A stretch of 64,000 nt of DNA, taken from positions 2,312 through 66,311 of the forward strand of contig PFBV01000002.1 of the NCBI GenBank assembly GCA_002778465.1. The letters are read 5' to 3'. Below the pieces are notes generated by a model. That model worked only from the letters and a program-made list of their open reading frames with translations. It ran no database searches and was not told where the DNA came from. This DNA is from Candidatus Magasanikbacteria bacterium CG10_big_fil_rev_8_21_14_0_10_36_32. Lineage in GTDB: Bacteria > Patescibacteriota > Patescibacteriia > Magasanikbacterales > GWA2-37-8. The position numbers and the translations under genes are program-made. Positions 18,137 through 28,030 of this stretch are shown in pieces. Each line of letters starts with the position of its first letter. Positions within the stretch are counted from its first letter, which is position 1.

Positions 18137-19060
18137 ATGTCTCCATTGGAACAATCCATCGTGAGAACTTTGACTTATTTTGATTTAGTTGATTATCCTT
18201 TAACCAAAGAGGAATTATTTTCTTATCTTTGGCGTCCGCCATTCGGTCGTTATGATGATTTTTTAACCGCTTTAGAATCGGGCAGTCAAAAATGGGAAAA
18301 TAAGTGGGGTTATTATTTTTTGTCTGGACGGGAACATATTGTTGAAAATCGCCGAGTGCGATTATTGCCCAGCGAACAAAAGTTACGTTTAGCGCGTCGT
18401 GCGGCAAAAAAAATTCGTTCCGTTCCTTTTTTGCGGGCGATTTTTTTATGTAATTCAGTTGCTTCCGGAACAGCCGGCGAATCCAGTGATATAGATTTTT
18501 TTATTATTGCCGATCCAAAAAGAATTTGGTTGGTGCGTTTTTTTACCAATTTTATTTTAAAACTTTTTGGTTGGCGTACTTATGGACAAAAAATTCGCAA
18601 TAGAATCTGTTTGTCTTTTTATGTTGATGGAGGACATTTGGATATTTCCCCGTTGCGAGCGGTGCCGGAAGATATCCATTTTATTTATTGGTTGTATCAA
18701 ATGTTGCCGCTTTATGATCCGGACAATTATAATGATAAATTTTTAAAGGCTAATAAATGGGCGGGTGATTATTTGCCCAATCTCAAAAAAGAAAATTTGC
18801 CGATTAGCGATTCGGCATTTCAAAATTCTCGGCTTGGCTTAATTTGGAAAAAAATTTGGGAAAAAATGTGGAGTGTCGGTTACGGCGATTTGCTTGAAAG
18901 TCAAGCTAAGGGATTTCAGTTGGCCATGATGAAAAAGAATATTAAATCAATGGCGGATATGGGGGATAATAGTGTAGTTATTGGAGATTCCGTCATCAAA
19001 TTACACGAAAACGATACAAGAAAGGAATATTATGAAAAATGGAAAAGCAGAATAAATTAA
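18137..19060 (+). CDS. Hypothetical protein with a nucleotidyltransferase-fold signature
   Basis: NSVASGTAGESSDIDFFII resembles the GS-x(n)-DxD minimal NTase motif. Otherwise unassigned. Confidence 0.45.
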   Translation: MSPLEQSIVRTLTYFDLVDYPLTKEELFSYLWRPPFGRYDDFLTALESGSQKWENKWGYYFLSGREHIVENRRVRLLPSEQKLRLARRAAKKIRSVPFLRAIFLCNSVASGTAGESSDIDFFIIADPKRIWLVRFFTNFILKLFGWRTYGQKIRNRICLSFYVDGGHLDISPLRAVPEDIHFIYWLYQMLPLYDPDNYNDKFLKANKWAGDYLPNLKKENLPISDSAFQNSRLGLIWKKIWEKMWSVGYGDLLESQAKGFQLAMMKKNIKSMADMGDNSVVIGDSVIKLHENDTRKEYYEKWKSRIN

Positions 19061-20403
19061 TATTTAATATGTTATCTCGCCTTACTAATTATCTTATCCT
19101 CTTATTTTTATTTGCGTTGCCTTTTCAAACCCGTTGGATTATTGAATATGGAATTTTAAATAATCGTCCATGGGAATTTGGGACTATCAGTTTGTATGGT
19201 ACGGAATTTTTTTTATGGCTGATAGTGATTTTGACCGGCATTCGGATTTTTGGCCGACCGGATTTTTGGAAATCATTCTCAAATTGTAGAATCAATGCTG
19301 ATTATTTTAAAATGCACAAAAAAAATATATTGGCTGTTTTGATTTTTTTATTCAGCACGGCTGTTTTTATACGTTCCGGCAATCCGATATCATGGCAATT
19401 TACCACTTGGTTTTTGGGAGGAATATGTTTAATGATTTCAATAGCTGTATCTGAATTATCTTTTTCCCGTGCCGGCATGACATTGTGGTTAAGCGGGGTT
19501 GTGCAAGGAGTATTGGCAGTTCAACAATTTTTTTATCAAAAAATTATTGGTTCAAAATGGTTAGGTATGTCCGCACAAAATTCAAGTGACTCAGGAGTTA
19601 GTGTGGTGCAGTTTGGTGACGAACGCTGGCTGAGAGCCTATGGCAGTTTTGGATGGCCTAATTCTTTGGGAATTTATTTAGCAGTTATCTTTGTTTTGGG
19701 TTTAATTTTATATTTTTATTTTTCTAAAACTAAATGGCGAATATTAATCCTGGTGGGACAATTGATTATTCTAACGGGGTTATTATTGTCTTTTTCCCGC
19801 GGTGCTTGGTTGGCGGCAGTTGGCGGTTTGCTTATTTTTGGGTTGATTGCTTGGAATAATCTGCCTTTTGAATTTACGCGGCGTAAATTTTATAGTCAAT
19901 TTGTAAAACAGTTGGCAGTTTATGCGGTATTAGTAATCAGTCTGGTGACGATTTATTTTCCAGTTTTTACAAATCGGTTTAATACAGGTAATTATTTGGA
20001 ATATTTATCTATAACGGAACGGCAAGATCAATTGAATGTTGCTGGTCAGATGATATCGGACAATTTATTTTTTGGTGTTGGCCCCGGATTGTACACTAAT
20101 TATTTGGCTAGATATTTTGTTTCGCCGACATATGGAGTTTATCAGCCTGTCCATAATATTTTTTTATTAGCACTGGCTGAATTGGGTATATTTGTGTTTT
20201 TATTTATTTTGGTCTTTGTCTTTTGGTTGATTAAAAAAATCGGTCGCGCCGGACCGATTTATTTTTCCGTTTTGACAGTTTTGTTTTTAGCCGGTTTTTA
20301 TGATCATTTTCTTTGGAGTTTATACGCCGGTCAGTTGATTTGGTGGGTGGTTTTGGCTTTAGGATTAATGTTAAAAAAATCGCAATCCAATATTGAAAAA
20401 TAA
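19039..20403 (+). CDS. O-antigen ligase/Wzy-like polytopic membrane protein
   Basis: ~10 TM helices with the LLSFSRGAWLAAVGGLL loop signature of the Wzy_C/O-antigen ligase family. An alternative ATG at 19069 avoids overlap with the upstream gene. Confidence 0.65.
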   Translation: MEKQNKLIFNMLSRLTNYLILLFLFALPFQTRWIIEYGILNNRPWEFGTISLYGTEFFLWLIVILTGIRIFGRPDFWKSFSNCRINADYFKMHKKNILAVLIFLFSTAVFIRSGNPISWQFTTWFLGGICLMISIAVSELSFSRAGMTLWLSGVVQGVLAVQQFFYQKIIGSKWLGMSAQNSSDSGVSVVQFGDERWLRAYGSFGWPNSLGIYLAVIFVLGLILYFYFSKTKWRILILVGQLIILTGLLLSFSRGAWLAAVGGLLIFGLIAWNNLPFEFTRRKFYSQFVKQLAVYAVLVISLVTIYFPVFTNRFNTGNYLEYLSITERQDQLNVAGQMISDNLFFGVGPGLYTNYLARYFVSPTYGVYQPVHNIFLLALAELGIFVFLFILVFVFWLIKKIGRAGPIYFSVLTVLFLAGFYDHFLWSLYAGQLIWWVVLALGLMLKKSQSNIEK

Positions 20404-20450
20404 TAAAAAATTATTATTTTATTTGTTTTGTTTTTAAAATAAATAACAAA

Positions 20451-20487
20451 AATAATACCCATTCTAATGGGTATTATTGTTTTTTTA
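20451..20487 (+). terminator. Terminator hairpin (member of the TACCCATT..AATGGGTA palindrome family)
   Basis: AATAATACCCATTctAATGGGTATTATT followed by GTTTTTTT. Confidence 0.65.
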
Positions 20488-20565
20488 TAAAAAAGCCAGC
20501 CATGTTGATTTTTATTTAAAATTAAGGTAAAATTTTATTATTCAGCCAACCGATATAATCTTTTT

Positions 20566-21192
20566 ATGATTACCCATATAATTGAATTTTTAGCCAATAT
20601 TGTAATCAATGTTATTGATTGGTCGGGATATGCCGGCGTTTTTTTTCTTATGTTGGTGGAGAGTTGCGGGATTCCAATGCCTTCGGAGGTAATTATGCCG
20701 TTTGCCGGCTTTTTGGTTTCCAAAGGAAAATTGTTATTTTGGGCAGTGGTGTTTCTGGGTGCGGCAGGAAATTTAATCGGATCTTGGCTGGCTTATTTTA
20801 TTGGAGTTAAAGGTGGACGGCCTTTGTTGGAAAAATATGGCAAGTATATTTTAATTTCTAGGCATGATTTGGATGTGGCTGACAGGTGGTTTGTCCGTTA
20901 TGGAGAGGCGACTGTATTTTTTGGTCGTTTGTTGCCGGTTGTTCGTACTTTTATTTCTTTTCCGGCTGGAGTGGCAAAAATGAATTTTAAAAAGTTTTCT
21001 TTTTATACTTTTGCTGGCGCTTTACCCTGGTCATTATTATTTGCTTGGTTGGGTGTAAAAATGGGAAATAATTGGGATTTAATTCGTGCAAAATTACACA
21101 GTTTTGATTTATTTATAGGTTGTCTTGTTTTGATTTTAATAATTTGGTATATTTGGCGACATTTAAAACATCGGCGTGAATATGTTAAATAG
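20566..21192 (+). CDS. DedA-family membrane protein
   Basis: GYAGVFFLMLVESCGIPMPSEVIMPFAGFL and FFGRLLPVVRTFISFPAG are canonical DedA/SNARE-associated motifs. Confidence 0.8.
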   Translation: MITHIIEFLANIVINVIDWSGYAGVFFLMLVESCGIPMPSEVIMPFAGFLVSKGKLLFWAVVFLGAAGNLIGSWLAYFIGVKGGRPLLEKYGKYILISRHDLDVADRWFVRYGEATVFFGRLLPVVRTFISFPAGVAKMNFKKFSFYTFAGALPWSLLFAWLGVKMGNNWDLIRAKLHSFDLFIGCLVLILIIWYIWRHLKHRREYVK

Positions 21193-21685
21193 TTTTTTAG
21201 AAATAGTTATTAATTTTTTTTCAGTCTTTCCGCGGGATTTGGCTGTTTTTTTACTTAGTATGTTTCCGGTTGGTGAATTGAAATTATCTTTGCCGGTAGG
21301 ACTTTTGGTTTATCATTTGCCGATTTGGCAGGTAGTAGTTTTGTCAATCGTCGGAAATATGATTCCGACTACTGTAATTTTATTTTTTGCCGACCGCTTT
21401 CATTGTTGGGTGGAAAAACGATCCGGATTTTTTTCCAAGAGATGGATTAATACTCTTGCTAAAATACAAAAAAAATTTTCCGGTCGATATGAAAAATATG
21501 GTTTGATTATTTTAGTGTTGATAACCAGTATTCCCGTACCTGGTTCGGGCGCTTATGCTGGCGCGTTAGCCGCTTTAGTTTTTGGTATTTCGGTAAAAAA
21601 ATCCTTGCCTTGTATTTTTTCCGGTATCTTATTATCAACCCTGATAATTATATTGTTAACTATTGGTGTGGATAAGGTGTTCTAA
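21182..21685 (+). CDS. Small polytopic membrane protein (COG2426-like putative small export protein)
   Basis: Four to five TM helices. ATG at 21182 (track start 21176 is GTG). Overlaps the dedA stop. The assignment is by general resemblance only. Confidence 0.45.
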   Translation: MLNSFLEIVINFFSVFPRDLAVFLLSMFPVGELKLSLPVGLLVYHLPIWQVVVLSIVGNMIPTTVILFFADRFHCWVEKRSGFFSKRWINTLAKIQKKFSGRYEKYGLIILVLITSIPVPGSGAYAGALAALVFGISVKKSLPCIFSGILLSTLIIILLTIGVDKVF

Positions 21686-21730
21686 GCAAAAATCATAAGT
21701 TTCAATGGCCAAACCCTGAACAATTTTATT

Positions 21731-21862
21731 TCAAATACCAAAGTCCAAATGTTAAAACCAAAACCTTTAATATTAAAAGTTAAATTAAAAATAGTAATGG
21801 TGTGTTTTTATCCTAGATTTGAGGTTTTGAGTTGTGGATTTGACATTTAACATTTGAGTTTT
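21731..21862. repeat. Heptamer-periodic degenerate arrays in inverted orientation (CAAAGTC/CAAATGT vs ATTTGAG/ATTTGAC)
   Basis: The left arm tcaaataccaaagtccaaatgttaaaaccaaaacc and the right arm gatttgaggttttgagttgtggatttgacatttaacatttgagtttt can pair. Pairing segments are caaatgttaaa/tttaacatttg (11 bp) and caaaacct/aggttttg (8 bp). The array ends 14 nt before the prfB ATG. Confidence 0.6.
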
Positions 21863-21875
21863 AAGATTATTTATT

Positions 21876-22949
21876 ATGTCTGATCGTTTGAAAAAAATTC
21901 AAGAAAAAATAGTAGAAGTATCCAAACTTTTAAAATTGGATGATTTAAAAAATAAAATGTCTCAGTTATCCGATGAAATGAACGCTTCTGATTTTTGGCA
22001 AAATCGTGAAAATGCCCAAGCGGTATCGCAAGATTATGAAGATATAAAAAAAGAATTGGAAAAATGGAAAGCGATTGAAACGAAAGCTGCCGATTTGGCG
22101 GAATTATCAGTTGTTAATGATCAATCATTGTCCGATGAAATAGAAAAACAAACCGCGGATTTGGAAAAAGAATTTTCTGAATATGAATTATATCTTTTAT
22201 TAAATGGACCTTATGACAAAAGCAATGCTGTGGTGGCGATTCATGCCGGTTCAGGCGGAACTGAAGCGCAAGATTGGTCAGAGATGCTTTTACGAATGTT
22301 TTTAAGATTTTGCGAATCGCGTGGTTGGAAAACAAAAATTATTGATGAATCGCGCGGGCAAGAGGCCGGCTATAAGTCAATTATGTTTGAGGTGACAGGA
22401 CGTTATGCTTTTGGTTATTTAAAATCTGAACACGGTGTTCACCGTTTGGTTCGTATTTCTCCGTTTGACGCAGAAAAAATGCGTCACACGTCATTTGCAT
22501 TAATTGAAGTATTGCCGGAATTGGATGATAAAATTGACATTAAATTGGAAACAAAAGATTTAAGAATTGATACTTTTATGTCCGGCGGACATGGTGGTCA
22601 AAGTGTTAATACCACTTATTCGGCGGTGCGAATTGTGCATATTCCGACTAATATTAGTGTTTCTTGTCAAAACGAGCGTTCACAACAACAAAATAAAGAA
22701 ACAGCTTTAAAAATTTTAAAAGCCAAATTATATCGTTTGGAAGAAGAAAAAAAAGCTAAAGAAAGAAATGAAATGCGCGGTGAATATAAATCAGCTGAAT
22801 GGGGCAATCAAATTCGTTCCTATGTGTTACATCCATATCATATGGTAAAAGATCACAGGACGGAGTATGAGTCGTCTGATCCCGAAGGAGTTTTGGAAGG
22901 AAATTTATTGCCATTGTCTGAAGCGTATTTAAAGTGGATTAAACAATAA
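21876..22949 (+). CDS. prfB: Peptide chain release factor 2 (uninterrupted, no +1 frameshift site)
   Basis: SPF tripeptide (RISPFD), GGQ (SGGHGGQSVNTT), NERSQQQNK. A single 357-aa ORF spans the full length. Confidence 0.92.
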   Translation: MSDRLKKIQEKIVEVSKLLKLDDLKNKMSQLSDEMNASDFWQNRENAQAVSQDYEDIKKELEKWKAIETKAADLAELSVVNDQSLSDEIEKQTADLEKEFSEYELYLLLNGPYDKSNAVVAIHAGSGGTEAQDWSEMLLRMFLRFCESRGWKTKIIDESRGQEAGYKSIMFEVTGRYAFGYLKSEHGVHRLVRISPFDAEKMRHTSFALIEVLPELDDKIDIKLETKDLRIDTFMSGGHGGQSVNTTYSAVRIVHIPTNISVSCQNERSQQQNKETALKILKAKLYRLEEEKKAKERNEMRGEYKSAEWGNQIRSYVLHPYHMVKDHRTEYESSDPEGVLEGNLLPLSEAYLKWIKQ

Positions 22950-22961
22950 AATGAAATTTTT

Positions 22962-23585
22962 ATGATTATTTTAAAAATAACCGATTTGGATAAGGTGGTG
23001 GAATTATTGCGAAAAGGAAAAGAAATAATTTTTCCGACTGAAACTTCGTATGGATTGGGTTGTGATGCCACCAATCAATTTGCAGTTGATACAATATTTA
23101 AGATAAAAGAAAGACCGATTGCCAAATCGTTGTTGATTATTGTGTTAAACGCGGAAACGGCTAAAAAATATTTGGTTTGGAATGAAATGTTGGAAAAAAT
23201 CAGCCAAAAATATTGGCCCGGTCCTCTGACCGTGATAGGAAGTTATAAAAAAAATCCGTTTTGGCAATTTTGGAAAAAAAATTTAGCTCGCGGTGTGGTT
23301 GGTACTGATAACAGCGTGGCTGTTCGCGTGACCGATTATCCTTTGATGAGTGAATTATCAGCCAGATTGGGTTGTCCGATAGTAGCCACATCAGCCAATG
23401 TTTCAGGCAATGGAGATTTTTATAATAGTCAGGAAGTTATCGGTCAATTTTCCGATCAGAAATTTTCTCCGGATGCTTTGATTGACGGCGGAGCTTTGCC
23501 TTTAAGATCGCCAACCACTATTGTTAGTGTAATTGATAATAAATTAAAAGTTTTGCGGCAAGGAGAATGTATTGTTGAAATATAA
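22962..23585 (+). CDS. tsaC: L-threonylcarbamoyladenylate synthase (TsaC/YrdC/Sua5 family)
   Basis: IIFPTETSYGLGCDA, IFKIKERPIAKSLLIIV, ATSANVSG and PTTIVSV are YrdC-domain motifs. Confidence 0.8.
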   Translation: MIILKITDLDKVVELLRKGKEIIFPTETSYGLGCDATNQFAVDTIFKIKERPIAKSLLIIVLNAETAKKYLVWNEMLEKISQKYWPGPLTVIGSYKKNPFWQFWKKNLARGVVGTDNSVAVRVTDYPLMSELSARLGCPIVATSANVSGNGDFYNSQEVIGQFSDQKFSPDALIDGGALPLRSPTTIVSVIDNKLKVLRQGECIVEI

Positions 23586-23634
23586 AAATAGTTAAAGATT
23601 CTTAAGTTTAATTAAAAAATTTATTTTACTGGAT

Positions 23635-24786
23635 ATGGTAATAGTTTATCCGACAAAATTATTCGGCTGGGCGATGATTATTTTATTTGCCATCAGTTCG
23701 GCTTTATTTATTGGTTCGCAAATTGTTTATACCGGCGCTTATGTGGACACGGAAATGTCATTGATGCTTCCGGCCGTTTTGTCAGATGAACACAAGTCGG
23801 ATGTTAAAACGAAATCGTCGCTCCGTGAAATTAAGGGAATTTATTTAACCGCTTATTCGGCCGGCAGTTCTAAAAAAATTGATGAAATTATCAGACTGAT
23901 AGACAGAACAGAGTTGAATGCGGTGGTGATTGATATAAAAGATTATAGTGGTTTGATTTTTTACGATAGCCAAGTTCCTTTGGTTAAGGAATTAAAATTA
24001 AAAGAAAAGCGTTTGGGCGATATTAAAGCGTTGATTGATAAGTTGCATCGCCATAAAATTTATGTGATTGCCAGACAGTCGGTTTTTCAAGACCCATTGT
24101 TGGCTGAGAAAAAAAACGATTGGGCGATAAAAAATAAAAATGGAGGTTTGTGGCGCGATAACAAAGGTTTGGCTTGGGTGGATGCGGCGAAAAAAGAAGT
24201 TTGGGATTATAATATTTTGATTGCCAAAGAGGCGGTTGCTTTGGGGTTTGATGAGATTAATTTTGATTATGTTCGTTTTCCATCTGACGGCAAAATGAGT
24301 GAAATGGTTTATTCCGGCGGAGAAAAAAAGAAATATCAAATTATGGCTGAATTTTACGCTTATGTTAGTAGGAAATTAGTTCGCGAACCGGCTTGGATTT
24401 CTATTGATATGTTTGGTTTGGTGATGGAAAAGAGTGGAGAAGATGATATGGCGATTGGTCAGCGTATTGTTGATGCGAATAATCAAGTTGATTACATTTG
24501 TCCAATGATGTATCCGTCACATTATCCGTCTGGTCATCTTGGTTTAAAAAATCCGGCTGATCATCCCTTTGAAGTGTTGGATAACGGAATGAATAAGGGT
24601 ATGACAATGTTTCAAAACACCAGGGCGCAACCGCGGCCTTGGTTGCAAGCTTTTAATTTGGGTGCTGATTATGACGCGACAAAAATTCGCGAGCAAATTG
24701 ATGCGGTGGAAAAATATGCTTCGGCAGGTTGGCTTTTGTGGAATGCCAGCAATAGATATAGTGATGCGGGATTAAAGTTAAATTAA
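23635..24786 (+). CDS. Membrane-anchored putative glycoside-hydrolase-like protein (COG1306/DUF4015-type)
   Basis: N-terminal TM, then IKGIYLTAYSAG...LNAVVIDIKDYSG...FDEINFDYVRFP, resembling GHL TIM-barrel family members. Confidence 0.55.
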   Translation: MVIVYPTKLFGWAMIILFAISSALFIGSQIVYTGAYVDTEMSLMLPAVLSDEHKSDVKTKSSLREIKGIYLTAYSAGSSKKIDEIIRLIDRTELNAVVIDIKDYSGLIFYDSQVPLVKELKLKEKRLGDIKALIDKLHRHKIYVIARQSVFQDPLLAEKKNDWAIKNKNGGLWRDNKGLAWVDAAKKEVWDYNILIAKEAVALGFDEINFDYVRFPSDGKMSEMVYSGGEKKKYQIMAEFYAYVSRKLVREPAWISIDMFGLVMEKSGEDDMAIGQRIVDANNQVDYICPMMYPSHYPSGHLGLKNPADHPFEVLDNGMNKGMTMFQNTRAQPRPWLQAFNLGADYDATKIREQIDAVEKYASAGWLLWNASNRYSDAGLKLN

Positions 24787-24798
24787 AATTATCAGATT

Positions 24799-25644
24799 AT
24801 GCCAAATTTATTCAATCAAGATTATTTGGCGCATCTTTGCGGAAAATATAATCTTCAACCGTCTAAGCATTACGGTCAGAATTTTTTAATTAATTTTGAG
24901 CCGGTTGAAAAGATGATTGATATATCCGATTTATCAGCTGATGATTCGGTGGTGGAAATTGGTCCGGGTTTTGGCGGTTTAACTTTTGTTTTGGCGGCTA
25001 AAACAAAAAAAGTTTTAGCTTTTGAAATTGAGAAAAAAATATCAGCTTATTGGGAAGAACAAATTAAAAAATACCCAAATATAGAAATTGTTTGGGGAAA
25101 TATTTTAAAACAAAATATAAATTTAAAATTAGAAGCAGGAAATTATAAAGTAGTGGCTAATTTGCCATATCAAATTACTTCATCGGTTATCAGATTTTTT
25201 TTGGAAGCGGAAAATCCGCCGGAGATTATGGTTTTAATGGTTCAAAAAGAAGTGGCGGACAGAATTTGCGCCGAGGCGGGGGATATGTCTTTATTATCGG
25301 TGGCGGTTCAATATTACGCTAAGGCGGAAATTGTCGCTCAAGTTTCGCGTTTAAATTTTTGGCCGGCGCCAAAAGTTGATTCGGCAATAATAAAATTATC
25401 AGTCAATAATCATCAGTCGGTTAAAAATAGTGAAGAATTTTTTAGAATTGTAAAAATTGGATTTGCCAATCGCCGAAAAATGCTGATAAAAAATTTGGAA
25501 TCAATTGTCGGTAAAAAAAACAGATCAAACTTAGAAAAAATTTTTATAAAATTGGATTTAAATCAAAAAATTCGAGCGCAAGAATTATCAGTGGAAAAAT
25601 GGAAACAGTTAACTGATTTATTGAAGCCGATTATCACTATTTAA
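24799..25644 (+). CDS. rsmA: 16S rRNA (adenine1518/1519-N6)-dimethyltransferase
   Basis: KHYGQNFL, VVEIGPGFGGLT, VANLPYQITS and FWPAPKVDS are KsgA/RsmA motifs. Confidence 0.9.
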   Translation: MPNLFNQDYLAHLCGKYNLQPSKHYGQNFLINFEPVEKMIDISDLSADDSVVEIGPGFGGLTFVLAAKTKKVLAFEIEKKISAYWEEQIKKYPNIEIVWGNILKQNINLKLEAGNYKVVANLPYQITSSVIRFFLEAENPPEIMVLMVQKEVADRICAEAGDMSLLSVAVQYYAKAEIVAQVSRLNFWPAPKVDSAIIKLSVNNHQSVKNSEEFFRIVKIGFANRRKMLIKNLESIVGKKNRSNLEKIFIKLDLNQKIRAQELSVEKWKQLTDLLKPIITI

Positions 25645-25688
25645 TGTTGTTTTGATTTATGTTATAATTGATAAAGCTTTATAAAATT

Positions 25689-26354
25689 ATGATAGAGGAA
25701 CAAAATCAAGAAAATTCGCAAAATCAGTTTTCCAAAGAACATAAAATCGGGTTGGTTTTATTATCGCTTTTTGCCGTTTTAGCGGTTGGTTTGGGTATTT
25801 TACAAATTAGAAATAATGCTTATCGTCCGTTTGCTTTAAACAATTCAATCCCGCCATTTTTAAATGAAGAAATAAATACCGAGGAAGCATTGCGTTACCG
25901 TGATACGGATTTAGATGGCTTGAATGATTTTGATGAATTATATATTTACAGCACCAGTCCCTATTTGGAGGATACTGATTCTGATGGGGTTAAAGACAAA
26001 GAGGAAATTGACAAAGGACGAAATCCTCTTTGTTATGAAGGAAAAAATTGCGGTTTTAATGATATGAGCATTAATGCCAGTTCATTTCCGGCCAAACAGG
26101 ATAATGTAGCTTTATATGGCGAAGCGGCTCCGCAATCAATGGAAGAATATTTGCAGAATCCTGACACCATTCGTGAATTGTTACTTACTTCAGGTTTGAG
26201 TCAGGAACTAGTTAATAAATTAACTGATGATGATTTAAAGACAATGGCTGGAGAAATTTTTGCATCCACTACTTTAATGACTGCGTCAAGTACGTCGGAT
26301 GAAACTGATTTGAGCGCCACCGCTGAATTTATAAATGATTTAATGAATAAATAA
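25689..26354 (+). CDS. Membrane-anchored protein with thrombospondin type-3-like Ca-binding repeats
   Basis: ATG at 25689 (track start 25668 is TTG). One TM helix, then DTDLDGLNDFDE and DTDSDGVKDKEE (DxDxDGxxDxxE) repeats. Confidence 0.5.
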   Translation: MIEEQNQENSQNQFSKEHKIGLVLLSLFAVLAVGLGILQIRNNAYRPFALNNSIPPFLNEEINTEEALRYRDTDLDGLNDFDELYIYSTSPYLEDTDSDGVKDKEEIDKGRNPLCYEGKNCGFNDMSINASSFPAKQDNVALYGEAAPQSMEEYLQNPDTIRELLLTSGLSQELVNKLTDDDLKTMAGEIFASTTLMTASSTSDETDLSATAEFINDLMNK

Positions 26355-26365
26355 TAATTTTTTAT

Positions 26366-27898
26366 ATGCCACAAAAGAAAATTGTGGTTTGGTTAATTAT
26401 GATTTTTGTATGCGGCGCGTTAGTACGACTGCCGCATTTTTTAACTGTCATTCCCAACGCCGGAGTTTGGGAGTCAAAAATCGCTTGGTATGATGAGGTT
26501 TTGTCTATTCATTTTGCTTCACAAGAAATAAATAGCACAATCGCTTTATCAGGTTTAGACACCAGTCCGTGTCTTTTTTTTATGATTCTTCATTTTTGGC
26601 TTTTGATTTTTAGTAACGCCAGTGTGTTTGTTGCGGCCATTCTGCCTTTTTTGTTCAGTTTAGCCGGCATTGTCGCTATTTATTTTCTCGGTCGGAGAAT
26701 TTACGACGAAAAAATTGGTTTGTTTTCCGCCGCTTTGCTTGCTTTATCTCCTTTAAATATTCAATATGCCACAGAAATCAGAGTCTATTCATTATTGGTT
26801 TTTTTGACAATTTTATTTTTGTTGTTTTTGTGGCGAATTAAGGATTTGAGCAAAATAAAAGATTGGACAGGATTTATCATCTGTTCTTTATTATTGCTGT
26901 ATGCTCATTATACGGCAATAATTTTAATTATTTTTGGTTTTATGTTTTTAGTGTTTTTTAAAAGAAATGAAACCAAGAAAATAATTTTTTCTTTTTTTGC
27001 AATCTCTGTTGGAGTAATTCCTTTAATTTTAATTTTTCAAAGATGGACGGATTTTGTCGGCGCAAATTTTTCTTTTTTTAGCCGTTTTTTTTCACATGGC
27101 GGTTTGTTGTCATTTTTTCAATATTTATATTTTATTTCTTTCGGTTCATCCGGCGCCGATGGAGCGATGATAATTTTTTCGTTGTTGATTGCCGGTTTTT
27201 TTATTTATTTTTGGCGGCGCTCAGTGGATATTAACAGTCGAGTTTTAATTGTTTTCGTTATTGCCGGTTGGTTGGCATTGGCCGGTTTTAAGTTTATTTA
27301 TCATGAACGATATTATTTAATTTTGACTATTCCGCTGATATTATTGGCGGCTGTCGCCTTGCGAATTGTTTTTGAAAAATATCGTCTGGTGAGCGTGATA
27401 GGCGGTTTATTGTTTTTGTTTATTTTTATTTTTTCTTGTTATATTGTTCCACCCGAGCACGCTTATAAATATTTTACGCCTGAGTTTGTTAAGATAATCA
27501 ACAGCCAATATCAAACAGGGGATGTGATAATTGCCGATCATTATAGTAAATTATTATGGAATCAATATTATCCTGGACCGGCTGAAATTAAATTATTTTT
27601 TCCTTATGAAAATGAATTGTTGCCGGCTGATTCAAATTTGCGCTGGCGATTTAGCGATTACGCCAATGTTAATTCTGACAATGTCGTTTTATTTGATAAT
27701 TTAGTAAAAAATGAACAAAGATTTTGGATTGTTATGTTTAATCCTCTAAATTATTCAGTTCAAGATCCGCAAGGATTACTGCCTGAATATTTAGACAGCC
27801 ATTATTCAAGGTGGGCGACTTATTTTTTTCCGCTTTTTGTCTCGAAAAACGACTTTCAGGTTGAATTACGATTATATGTCGTAAAACCAGCTGATTAA
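26366..27898 (+). CDS. GT-C fold glycosyltransferase (ArnT/PMT, GT39-like)
   Basis: ~11 TM helices, a first-loop acidic motif (AWYDEVLS), and a soluble C-terminal domain. Confidence 0.6.
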   Translation: MPQKKIVVWLIMIFVCGALVRLPHFLTVIPNAGVWESKIAWYDEVLSIHFASQEINSTIALSGLDTSPCLFFMILHFWLLIFSNASVFVAAILPFLFSLAGIVAIYFLGRRIYDEKIGLFSAALLALSPLNIQYATEIRVYSLLVFLTILFLLFLWRIKDLSKIKDWTGFIICSLLLLYAHYTAIILIIFGFMFLVFFKRNETKKIIFSFFAISVGVIPLILIFQRWTDFVGANFSFFSRFFSHGGLLSFFQYLYFISFGSSGADGAMIIFSLLIAGFFIYFWRRSVDINSRVLIVFVIAGWLALAGFKFIYHERYYLILTIPLILLAAVALRIVFEKYRLVSVIGGLLFLFIFIFSCYIVPPEHAYKYFTPEFVKIINSQYQTGDVIIADHYSKLLWNQYYPGPAEIKLFFPYENELLPADSNLRWRFSDYANVNSDNVVLFDNLVKNEQRFWIVMFNPLNYSVQDPQGLLPEYLDSHYSRWATYFFPLFVSKNDFQVELRLYVVKPAD

Positions 27899-28030
27899 AT
27901 TGAAAAGTTATTCACATTTTTAGCTATTCCAAGCATTCGTATTGTGTTATACTAATATAGTAATTGAACAGTTTATGATTGAGCCAAAAAAATATTTTTT
28001 CTCAAACAAATTGGCTTGATTTTGATATTT

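Noticed and set aside
21876-22949. A programmed +1 frameshift in prfB.
   Set aside because: The RF2 ORF is continuous for 357 aa from its ATG. There is no in-frame UGA near codon ~25 and no split ORF.
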